A stretch of 43,887 nt of DNA from the NCBI GenBank assembly GCA_964230965.1, contig CAXRJA010000073.1:1-43887 (forward strand), read 5' to 3'. This DNA is from Acholeplasmataceae bacterium. GTDB taxonomy: Bacteria > Bacillota_I > Bacilli_A > Acholeplasmatales > Acholeplasmataceae. The notes under the pieces were generated by a model. It was not told the DNA's origin and made no database searches. It saw nothing but the letters and a program-made list of their open reading frames with translations. This document shows, piece after piece, positions 35,966 through 43,887 of this stretch (position 1 is the first letter of the stretch; each line of letters begins with the position of its first letter). The position numbers and the translations under genes are program-made.

Positions 35966-36694
35966 TTACTTGCGACTACTTGCAACAATCATGATGAGAC
36001 GTAATATTTCGATGTACAACCATACGATGGTGACCATTAACCCTAATGCTACCATCCATTCATATTTCTTATCTGCACCACTTGATACAATCACTTCTGC
36101 ACGGTCAAAATCTAATGTTAACATCAGTGCACCATAAACAATTAAAAAGACACTAATACCAATCGCAAGACCGATACTATTCCCAAAAATTGCATTCATA
36201 TCAACAAAGAGTGACATGAGTCCAAACCCGATAAAGAAAAATAAAATTCCAAATAACACTGCATACATGATTTTTCTAAATCTCGTTGTGACGCGAATGA
36301 TTCTTGAAGAATATAGAAATAACATCACAAAGAATATCGCGGTTGTTGCAATAATTGCAGCATATGGTGCACCTGGTACAAATGTATGAGCAACAAGTGT
36401 AATCATTGCAAGTAATACACCTTCAGCTGCTGCATATACAATACTCATTGGCATCGCTAACGAAGGCACAAATGTTGCAATTAAAACAGCGATTATCGCA
36501 ACAATCATGGATCCAACTAATAAACTCATGAATGTTTCTGCAGGCAAACTTGTAATTGCATAAAAACCTGTAAGCACTGCAATACCTAATAAAATAAATG
36601 TTTTTAATGTAATGCCTCTATATGATGCTGCTTCAGTTGATGAATACGATGCTGAACGCTCTATATTGGCAAAAACTGGATTTGATGAACGCAT
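35966..36694 (-). CDS. Bax inhibitor-1 / YccA family membrane protein
   Basis: 242 aa. N-terminus MRSSNPVF typical of the family, seven TM helices, basic C-terminal tail. RBS AGGAGGG. Confidence 0.8.
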   Translation of the reverse strand: MRSSNPVFANIERSASYSSTEAASYRGITLKTFILLGIAVLTGFYAITSLPAETFMSLLVGSMIVAIIAVLIATFVPSLAMPMSIVYAAAEGVLLAMITLVAHTFVPGAPYAAIIATTAIFFVMLFLYSSRIIRVTTRFRKIMYAVLFGILFFFIGFGLMSLFVDMNAIFGNSIGLAIGISVFLIVYGALMLTLDFDRAEVIVSSGADKKYEWMVALGLMVTIVWLYIEILRLIMIVASSRK

Positions 36695-36738
36695 ATTTTT
36701 CCCTCCTAAATCACAAGAATATTATATAGTAAAGCAAC

Positions 36739-39700
36739 TTAAAGTGCAAACAATCCTTGTTCTTTTTCATCATTTTCGATAATGAGCTCATCGAATGCAC
36801 CATATGATTCCATTTTTGCAAAAACAGTTTGATTGATCTTCGTTCTAAGTTTGATATCTTCTTTAGAAGAAAATACTCTTGATGTTCTTGTATCAACGAT
36901 ACCATTTGCAACGTTTTCACCAAGACCATCAATTGAAATAAATGGCATTCTTAAAGCATCATCTTCCATTATAAACGTTTTTGCATCCGAGCAATTAATG
37001 TCTACTTTTTTAAAATGAAATCCTCTTAAACTCATTTCATACGCCACTTGTAATGTTGTAAGTATTGATTGTTCATTTACCGTCAAGTAATTTTTTGCAA
37101 GTAATTCTTTAATGCCATTTTTTAACGCAACTGGCCCCGCAATCATTTTTTCATAATCAAATTTATCGACACGTTTTGAAAAATAAGCACTGTAAAATAA
37201 TAGCGGATCATGAATTTTAAACCATGCAATACGTAAAGCCATGATGACATACGCTGTTGCATGTGCTTTAGGAAACATGTACTTAATTTGTTGACAAGAC
37301 CAAATATACCATTCTGGTACACCTGCAAGTCTCATCTCAGATTCATACGTGAGCCAAGTACTTGGATCTTTAGAGGGTTTTCCTTTTCTTACAAATTCCA
37401 TGATTTCAAATGCACGTAATGGTTCTAGTCCAAAGTCAATTAACTGAACCATAATATCATCTCGACACCCAATGATTTGATCAATATCCACTCTACCGTG
37501 CGATGTTGATCCTCTCACAAGATCTTGAGCATTTTTTAACCAAACATCTGTCCCGTGTGATAATCCTGACACTTTAACAAGTCCTGCAAATGTTTTAGGT
37601 TTAATATCTGATAACATTTGTCTTGTAAATTGTGTGTTAAATTCAGGTATCGCAAAGGATGCAATATCACTCATGAGATCATCTTTTGATACTCCGATAA
37701 TATTGGTTTCATAAAACATCTTCATCACATCTTTATCATCGAGAGGAATATCTTTTGCATCAGTAAAAGGATATTTGTCAGGATAACGTTTGACATGATC
37801 CATAAAAAATTTAATCATCGTAGGATCATCATGACCCAAGATATCAAGTTTTAATAAATTAGATTCAAATGCATGATAATCATAATGTGTTGTATACCAA
37901 ACATTATCAGTATTATTAGCTGGATATTGAATTGGCGTCACATCATAAATATCATATCCATCTGGTACAACTATAATTCCTCCTGGATGCTGTCCAGTGG
38001 AACGTTTAACACCCTCTATTTTTTTAGCCAAACGTTCAATTTGAGCTGGTCTTTTCTCTATGTGATGATCTTCTAAATAACCTTTGACATACCCGAAGGC
38101 ATTTCGTTCTGCGATGGTTTGTATGGTGCCAGCACGATAAGCTTGATTTTCTCCTACTAATAGTTTGACATAATCATGTGCTTTGGATTGATATTCTCCA
38201 CTGAAATTCAAATCAATATCAGGTATTTTATCGCCATTAAATCCTAAAAAAGTTTCAAAAGGAATATCATGACCGTCTTTGATTAATTTTGATTGACAAA
38301 TCGGACAATTGGCATCGGGTAAATCATATCCAGCGTAAACATTTTCAAACAATGTTTGAAAGTCCTCTTCGTGTGGTTGATATCCATCATTTTGATATCC
38401 TTCCTCAGTAAGTTTAAATGCTGTAAAATGACCTTCTTTGCATCGATAATGCGGCTTTAATGGATTTACTTCTGTAATATTGAGTAATGTTGCAACTAAA
38501 GAAGATCCTACAGATCCTCTTGATCCAACTAAATACCCTTCTTCTAAAGAGTTTTTGACAAGCAAATGCGACATATAGTAGATTGAAGCAAATTGATTCT
38601 CAATGATGTTTTTTAATTCTCGATCAACACGTCTTGAAACGATTGGATGCAATGTATCTCCATATTGTTTTTTCGTTTCTTGTTTTACAAGTCTTTTAAC
38701 TTCAGCCTCAATACTAGGTATTTGAATGTTTTCACTAAATGCATCATCTTGGATCGCTAAAAGACCACTCGGGAATAATTGAATTGTATCAATATGACGA
38801 TTTAACCTATGCGTTTCTTCGACTACAATACGCTCTGCATCAACACCTAAAAAAGCAAAGGCGTGTAACATTTCATTGGTTGTTTTAAAGTGAAGCTTAG
38901 GTTTCACTTGGTATCTTTTTAAATCATGAATACCTCCACCCACTTGAGGTGTGGAAATATAAATGTCACGATACATGTGATCTTCAGGATGTAAATAATG
39001 CACATCCCCTGTTGCAATTACTGGTATAGATAGTTTCGTTGCTGTATCAACAATCTTTTTAATAGTTGCTTCAATGATTTCTTTGCCACCCTCACCAATT
39101 TGATCGATGATGTGCAAATAACTTTCAGGAGGTTGAACTTCAACATAGTCATAAAACCTCATGACTTCTTCAAGTTTTTCTGAGGATTTATTGAGTGCTG
39201 TTTCAAACACTTCTCCTTTGTAACATCCTGACCCTATGAGTAATCCATCTCTATACATATCTACGATTTGTTTAGATGTTCTTGCGCCTTTATGATAAAA
39301 AGTTGTAAGAGCATGAGACACAATCTTGTATAAATTTTTGAGTCCTTTTTGTTCTTTAACTAAAATATTTAAATGAAAAGGAATCATGAGTTGATAGTAA
39401 TGTTCCACTTGATTCATCTTGAAGTAATCAGAAATCGTAGTATACCCTTTTTTAGAGAGTTCCTGCATCATCAATATCCAAATCTCTGCAGTAACTCTTG
39501 CATCATCTTCAGCTCTATGGTGGGCTTCTTGTTTAATCTTAAAATGTTTTGCAACAGCTTTTAAATTAAATGATTTTAATACATCTGAATAGTGCAATCT
39601 TGCAAGCAATAATGTATCTAAAAATCCTTTATAGGTAATTGTAAGATGATTTCTAGAAGCTTTTGCTTCAATAAAATCAATATCAAATGTTGCGTTATGC

Positions 39701-41175
39701 GCAACCATCATCGCACCTTCACTAAATGCTAAAAAAGATGTTAATGCATCTTCAATGAGCGGTTGATCAGCAACCATCTCATCTGTAATACCCGTAAGTT
39801 CAGATGTAAACGCAGAGAGTTTCCGTTTTGGATCAATAAATTGTTGATAGGTTTCTATAATTGTGCCGTTTTTGACTTTGACGGCAGCAATTTCAATAAT
39901 ATCATCATGAATAACACTAAACCCTGTTGTTTCAATATCAAATACAACATATGTTTGTGATTTCATATCAGAATCATTGATGTCGCCATCGATCATTCTT
40001 AATTGATTTTGATCAACGCAAGATAATTCTGTACCAAAAATTGGCTTGATGCCAGACTTTTTTGCAGCTCTATCTAATTCTGGAAAGCCATATACACCGT
40101 CATGATCCGTAATTGCAATTGCTTCATGACCCCATAATTTTGCTTGATTTACATAGTCAGTAATACTTGTAATGCCATCTAAATTACTCATCGTTGAATG
40201 CATGTGAAATTCGATACGTTTACGTTTTGCATCGTCTTCTCTCATATGCTGTTTTCTATCTAAATACAACATTTTTTTCGCCATGACATTGATGTCTCGA
40301 TCAAAACTATCATATTGAAAATAGCCTGTAACTTGTAAAAAATGTCCTTCTTTAATTGTTTTAGCAAACGCTTCATCTTTTGGATTCGATACAAAACTCT
40401 TCACTTTGATGGCATCATCTTCATCTGCAAGAATCATTGTAAGTAATTTTGTTTTTGTTAATGTCCTTAACTCAACTTTTCTCACTTGACCTTCAATGAT
40501 ACAGTCAGATTGTCCATGCTCATTACGATATTGATCAAAACGATATTGATCCATAGGGATGTTAGAGATTTTCATCGCCTCAGGAGAGTGCCGTGTTGTA
40601 AATTTATTACTATCGACTAAAGGAACATCTTTTTTATATTTTATTTGTTTATCATGGATCACATCAAGTTGTTTTTTCTCATTCTCAATAACTGCTGTAG
40701 CTTTAGGTATTTCTTTATTAACGGATAAATCCAATGTGAAAAATAGACCATACGTATGTAACATCTTTTCAATTTGTTTGAAATGTTGTTTGATATAGGC
40801 CGAATCTTCATCAACATGAAACATAATCACATCATGATCGATATTGAAATTAAAATGTTTTAATGCGCCTGCACTTGGCTTTAATTTTTGATACTCATGT
40901 ACGATTGTTTGAATATATTTTTCTAACATCGGAGTATCAAAATCTGCTTTTTGATGAAAACTTACAGTGACTTTAGAGATCACACTTGTTTTAAAATAAA
41001 CTTTTAAATAAGATTCAAAAGTCATTAAGTGATGTACGTCTACAGAAGATTTGACATCAATATGGAAATGCCATACTTTAGATTTCGAATCCACCTGTAC
41101 TTCTTTTAATTCAAAATACTGAAGAACATTTGGTGGCATATCTATTTGTGTCTTAAATACTTTAAATTTGTCCAC
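36739..41175 (-). CDS. polC: DNA polymerase III PolC-type (Gram-positive replicative polymerase)
   Basis: 1478 aa. PHP domain (HMHSTMS..), internal DEDDh proofreading exonuclease (FDIETTG, HNATFDIDF, HRAEDDA), the Zn-finger region of the polymerase core, and a C-terminal HhH segment. GTG start at 41175, 8 nt after AGGAGG. Confidence 0.97.
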   Translation of the reverse strand: MDKFKVFKTQIDMPPNVLQYFELKEVQVDSKSKVWHFHIDVKSSVDVHHLMTFESYLKVYFKTSVISKVTVSFHQKADFDTPMLEKYIQTIVHEYQKLKPSAGALKHFNFNIDHDVIMFHVDEDSAYIKQHFKQIEKMLHTYGLFFTLDLSVNKEIPKATAVIENEKKQLDVIHDKQIKYKKDVPLVDSNKFTTRHSPEAMKISNIPMDQYRFDQYRNEHGQSDCIIEGQVRKVELRTLTKTKLLTMILADEDDAIKVKSFVSNPKDEAFAKTIKEGHFLQVTGYFQYDSFDRDINVMAKKMLYLDRKQHMREDDAKRKRIEFHMHSTMSNLDGITSITDYVNQAKLWGHEAIAITDHDGVYGFPELDRAAKKSGIKPIFGTELSCVDQNQLRMIDGDINDSDMKSQTYVVFDIETTGFSVIHDDIIEIAAVKVKNGTIIETYQQFIDPKRKLSAFTSELTGITDEMVADQPLIEDALTSFLAFSEGAMMVAHNATFDIDFIEAKASRNHLTITYKGFLDTLLLARLHYSDVLKSFNLKAVAKHFKIKQEAHHRAEDDARVTAEIWILMMQELSKKGYTTISDYFKMNQVEHYYQLMIPFHLNILVKEQKGLKNLYKIVSHALTTFYHKGARTSKQIVDMYRDGLLIGSGCYKGEVFETALNKSSEKLEEVMRFYDYVEVQPPESYLHIIDQIGEGGKEIIEATIKKIVDTATKLSIPVIATGDVHYLHPEDHMYRDIYISTPQVGGGIHDLKRYQVKPKLHFKTTNEMLHAFAFLGVDAERIVVEETHRLNRHIDTIQLFPSGLLAIQDDAFSENIQIPSIEAEVKRLVKQETKKQYGDTLHPIVSRRVDRELKNIIENQFASIYYMSHLLVKNSLEEGYLVGSRGSVGSSLVATLLNITEVNPLKPHYRCKEGHFTAFKLTEEGYQNDGYQPHEEDFQTLFENVYAGYDLPDANCPICQSKLIKDGHDIPFETFLGFNGDKIPDIDLNFSGEYQSKAHDYVKLLVGENQAYRAGTIQTIAERNAFGYVKGYLEDHHIEKRPAQIERLAKKIEGVKRSTGQHPGGIIVVPDGYDIYDVTPIQYPANNTDNVWYTTHYDYHAFESNLLKLDILGHDDPTMIKFFMDHVKRYPDKYPFTDAKDIPLDDKDVMKMFYETNIIGVSKDDLMSDIASFAIPEFNTQFTRQMLSDIKPKTFAGLVKVSGLSHGTDVWLKNAQDLVRGSTSHGRVDIDQIIGCRDDIMVQLIDFGLEPLRAFEIMEFVRKGKPSKDPSTWLTYESEMRLAGVPEWYIWSCQQIKYMFPKAHATAYVIMALRIAWFKIHDPLLFYSAYFSKRVDKFDYEKMIAGPVALKNGIKELLAKNYLTVNEQSILTTLQVAYEMSLRGFHFKKVDINCSDAKTFIMEDDALRMPFISIDGLGENVANGIVDTRTSRVFSSKEDIKLRTKINQTVFAKMESYGAFDELIIENDEKEQGLFAL

Positions 41176-41929
41176 GCATTGTTCCTCCTTTTAAAACTTT
41201 GTAAAACGAAACATAATAAAAATATGTAATCAACAGACTAAAAAATTGTAAAAACTGAATATTAAATAAAATTGTAATCATATTAAATACGAGATAAATA
41301 CTTGACAAATACAAACCAATCTTAAATTTTTGTTTAAATGGCATTTGCGATTTATACAATGAAAATGACATTAATAATGTTAAAAATAGTGTAACAAATA
41401 AATAATCAAATATGTTTGAGAAAAACATAGAAAAAATGTAAATTAATGAAATCATTGATGATGTTTCGATAAAATTTTCTAAATATCTTGTGAAAAGAGA
41501 AACATTCTGAATTGAAGGATCATTAAAATCAACAGTAATCGCATCATCATAGCTTAAAAATGCAATTTCTTGATTTGAGATATGCATAGACATAGCATTT
41601 TCAAGCAACGTAATTTGTATATGATAACTAAATATCATTTGATTTGAAACACGAAAGACTTCATATGTAAAATCAACGGGTTCATTCCATATAAATACAC
41701 CATTTTCTAATACATTGTCTTTTAAAAACATACCGTTTTGAACATCTTCATAAAAAACCGCATATTGATTGTTTGTAATCACACCTTGTAATTGATAGAT
41801 GAGTAATGATGGTAAAAAGACAATAAAGGATAGTGCCATCATATATAAAAAAACGACACCCCTTGAGTCATTTAAATACTGAACTAATTGTTTTGGTTGG
41901 CGTAAACTCGTGATGAATCGTTTGAGCAC
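41162..41929 (-). CDS. DUF1189-family membrane protein, translationally overlapping polC
   Basis: Start reassigned to GTG 41929 (RBS GGAG). The track's upstream extension contains a TGCTATAAT promoter element. LKRFITSLRQPKQL followed by TM helices resembles DUF1189 N-termini. The last 14 nt overlap the polC start. Confidence 0.55.
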   Translation of the reverse strand: MLKRFITSLRQPKQLVQYLNDSRGVVFLYMMALSFIVFLPSLLIYQLQGVITNNQYAVFYEDVQNGMFLKDNVLENGVFIWNEPVDFTYEVFRVSNQMIFSYHIQITLLENAMSMHISNQEIAFLSYDDAITVDFNDPSIQNVSLFTRYLENFIETSSMISLIYIFSMFFSNIFDYLFVTLFLTLLMSFSLYKSQMPFKQKFKIGLYLSSIYLVFNMITILFNIQFLQFFSLLITYFYYVSFYKVLKGGTMRGQI

Positions 41930-41950
41930 AATATTCTCCAATACGTCAAT

Positions 41951-41959
41951 ATTATAGCA
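41951..41959 (-). promoter_or_regulatory. Extended -10 element (TGCTATAAT) for the DUF1189-polC operon
   Basis: The reverse complement of ATTATAGCA reads TGCTATAAT, 21 nt upstream of GTG 41929. Confidence 0.45.
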
Positions 41960-42048
41960 CAAAAATCCGTCATAAATCAGCCCAATTATTCTATAATTTT
42001 TAAGAAAAATGTAGATACTTTTATAAAGCGATTTAAGAAAGAGAACGT

Positions 42049-42582
42049 ATGAAAAAAGCATTATTACATTTTAATCATGCACTCATCAAATCACTCATTC
42101 AAAAAAATGATGTTGTTGTTGATATGACATGTGGCAATGGTTATGATACAGAGTTTCTAGCCTCTTTAGCAAACATCGTATATACTTTTGATATACAATT
42201 AAGTACTTTAAATAAAACAAAAGAAAAACTTGCACACTATGAAAACATTCAATACATACATGATTCATTTGAACATGTGTCTAAGTATGTTGACTTTGCA
42301 AATATGTATGTGTTTAACCTTGGTTACTTGCCAGGCGGAGATAAGACAATTACAACTAAAAAAGAAATTACTTTAAAAACGATCAAATCATTACATCAAA
42401 ATATACAATTAGGTTCGCACATTATCATCATGGCTTATATTGGACATGATGAAGGTCATAAAGAATATAGTATGTTACATAATTATCTAAAAGCTCAAAA
42501 AGTCTATCAAATATATGAAACAAAAGCTCTACACCACGTCCTCGCACCGATTCTTTTGTGGATACAAAAAAAAGATTCGTAA
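42049..42582 (+). CDS. mnmM: Class I SAM-dependent methyltransferase, YtqB/MnmM family (tRNA mnm5s2U34 methyltransferase)
   Basis: 177 aa. VVDMTCGNGYDTEFLA (SAM motif I), FNLGYLPGGDKTITT and GHDEG closely follow the YtqB pattern. Confidence 0.7.
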   Translation: MKKALLHFNHALIKSLIQKNDVVVDMTCGNGYDTEFLASLANIVYTFDIQLSTLNKTKEKLAHYENIQYIHDSFEHVSKYVDFANMYVFNLGYLPGGDKTITTKKEITLKTIKSLHQNIQLGSHIIIMAYIGHDEGHKEYSMLHNYLKAQKVYQIYETKALHHVLAPILLWIQKKDS

Positions 42583-42599
42583 TCATCGAATCTTTTTTT
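42566..42599 (+). terminator. Intrinsic terminator of mnmM; stop codon in the loop
   Basis: Stem AAAGATTCG / CGAATCTTT. The 7-nt loop contains the TAA (42580-42582). T-run to 42599. Confidence 0.85.
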
Positions 42600-42613
42600 A
42601 TATACTTTGTCTG

Positions 42614-43381
42614 TCATTTATTAAAATGATGTTTAATACGTTCATATAATCTAGGATTTCTTTTTTCTAGCATATCAAGTCTTGCTTCAAATCGATCTTG
42701 TGTTCTTTTGATGAATAGACCGTATAAACCCTCTAAAGCGATATTTTCTTCCTCTAAATCTAATAAAAATGCATCTTGAATTACTTTCATTTCAGCTTGT
42801 ATCTCTAATTTAAGAACTTCTAATTGATCAACATATACTTGTTTTGTATCTTCATCTGCTTCTTTGATGTTTTTTATGAGCGCTTTAACATCACCTTTAT
42901 ATGTTTCTCTAATCTCTTCAACCATTGGCATATAGGTGTCTTTTAAAGCATCCAAAGTTGCTTTAATTTCTTCACTAGCGTCAACAAGCACTTGATTCCA
43001 CGTATCTACGTAAGCTTGGACTTCTTCTTCATTAGTAGCACTTGTGATGGCTGAGATCATCTCATCAAAATCATAGGTTGCATCATAAGTTGCCACTGTT
43101 TTGATCAGAACATATTGTTTTACTGTCACATTATATAAAGAAGCTTGTTCGATGATGTCTTCTTTCAATGTCTTACCCAATCCAATAAATAGTAGAGGAC
43201 CTTGATGACCTTTAAAACGTCTCATACGATAGGTTGTATCATCATACTCTTGTTCATCGATATCCATCGTAAGATCTAAAAATAATTCTGTTTCTCTAGC
43301 CGAGGTGTCTAACGACAACAACCCAATTGTAAATAGTGTGATACCAACAATAGCGATTACTAAAAATATTTTTTTTCTCAT
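42614..43381 (-). CDS. Hypothetical N-terminally anchored (signal-anchor) protein with an acidic helical/coiled-coil ectodomain
   Basis: 255 aa. RBS AAAGGAGG. MRKKIFLVIAIVGITLFTIGLLSL TM/signal segment without a lipobox Cys. The rest is Glu/Asp/Lys-rich with heptad-like repeats and no recognisable motif. Confidence 0.6.
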   Translation of the reverse strand: MRKKIFLVIAIVGITLFTIGLLSLDTSARETELFLDLTMDIDEQEYDDTTYRMRRFKGHQGPLLFIGLGKTLKEDIIEQASLYNVTVKQYVLIKTVATYDATYDFDEMISAITSATNEEEVQAYVDTWNQVLVDASEEIKATLDALKDTYMPMVEEIRETYKGDVKALIKNIKEADEDTKQVYVDQLEVLKLEIQAEMKVIQDAFLLDLEEENIALEGLYGLFIKRTQDRFEARLDMLEKRNPRLYERIKHHFNK

Positions 43382-43430
43382 ATGAAAGCCTCCTTTGCTT
43401 TACATTTATAATACGTATATAAAGTTGATT

Positions 43431-43887
43431 TTATTGGTAATCCATTTCATTTTTTTGAAATCGACTAAATTCATAATTAAATGTTTGCTGATCTTCTGTC
43501 TTTCCAGAAATCAAAAGTGTCATGCCATTCATCATTCGATACCCCATTTGAAACAAGCCAAGAAATGTATTTGATGCTTCAATAATTTCGTAAGATACAT
43601 GTATTTTACGCATCATTGGTAAATAATTTAATGTTAAATTCACAGTTCTTGATTGATTCGTATAAGCAATTCTTAATGTTGGCATATCAAAATTATTTCT
43701 TATTAATTGATACTCAAATTCTCTTACTTTAACATTTTCTTCAACAAATCTTATCATAAAGTTTTTTGACTCAGAATCATATTCAACAGTTACTTCTTTA
43801 CTTGTTTTTTGCGCACTTACATATAGATGATGGTATGCGTTATTAAAAGTCGTGTACCCTGAGATATTTATATCATCAAAATTGCCT
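43431..43887 (-). CDS. Hypothetical protein, 3' part; the reading frame stays open to the window edge
   Basis: The track starts this ORF at ATG 43757, but the same frame has no stop between 43758 and 43886 (GNFDDINISGYTTFNN..SKNF-MIRF..), so the gene most likely begins beyond the window. No recognisable motif. Confidence 0.55.
   Translation of the reverse strand, partial: GNFDDINISGYTTFNNAYHHLYVSAQKTSKEVTVEYDSESKNFMIRFVEENVKVREFEYQLIRNNFDMPTLRIAYTNQSRTVNLTLNYLPMMRKIHVSYEIIEASNTFLGLFQMGYRMMNGMTLLISGKTEDQQTFNYEFSRFQKNEMDYQ

Noticed and set aside
35550-36137. ORFs 35550..35768(+) and 35931..36137(+).
   Set aside because: The first is antisense to pheS and the T-box terminator. The second is antisense to the BI-1 gene. 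Neither has an RBS.
36711-40798. Short ORFs inside or overlapping polC (36711..36932-, 36833..37018+, 37143..37328-, 37873..38076+, 39373..39564+, 39763..39960+, 40559..40798+).
   Set aside because: All are nested in the continuous 1478-codon polC frame, and none has translation signals.
1-43887. CRISPR arrays, rRNA genes, IS elements, prophage or known defence systems, and Mycoplasma-type UGA=Trp decoding.
   Set aside because: I found no spaced direct-repeat arrays, rRNA-like sequence, or transposase or integrase motifs in any frame. TGA terminates several well-defined genes (znuB, uvrC, yidD, rlmN, rpe), so the standard bacterial code applies.

Overview
AT-rich, tightly packed chromosomal segment from a low-GC Firmicutes/Mollicutes-type bacterium. 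TGA acts as a stop codon (ATGA stop/start overlaps at 408-411, 6763-6766, 31326-31329), so this is genetic code 11, not the Mycoplasma/Spiroplasma code; an Acholeplasma- or Erysipelotrichia-like organism is plausible but cannot be settled from sequence alone. The content is almost entirely core housekeeping: znuB-zur, coaD, RNase J, uvrC, gmk-rpoZ, rqcH, sodA, an M3B oligoendopeptidase, hpf, an EF-G paralog, yidD, cvfB-proS, csp, a heterodimeric ABC exporter, yloV, rpmB, the thiN-rpe-rsgA-rlmN cluster, a Phe T-box with pheST, a BI-1 family protein, and DUF1189-polC. There are also three isolated tRNA genes (Thr-GGU, Gly-GCC, Leu-GAG). I found no CRISPR array, transposase, integrase, prophage or recognisable defence island, and no convincing novel multi-gene system. 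The candidates most worth a second look are: (i) a DEDDh exonuclease and a degenerate ADP-ribosylglycohydrolase-like gene, both translationally coupled behind uvrC; (ii) an EF-G paralog lacking the catalytic His, sitting next to a small zinc-ribbon ORF and hpf where comF genes normally lie; (iii) an HExxH membrane protein bracketed by tRNA genes; (iv) a stand-alone Fic gene with its own strong promoter; (v) two uncharacterised exported or membrane proteins at the 3' edge. At the RNA level, several terminator hairpins contain stop codons or encode protein C-termini, and two 25-nt terminators are nearly identical. All homology calls come from motif recognition by eye; no searches were run.
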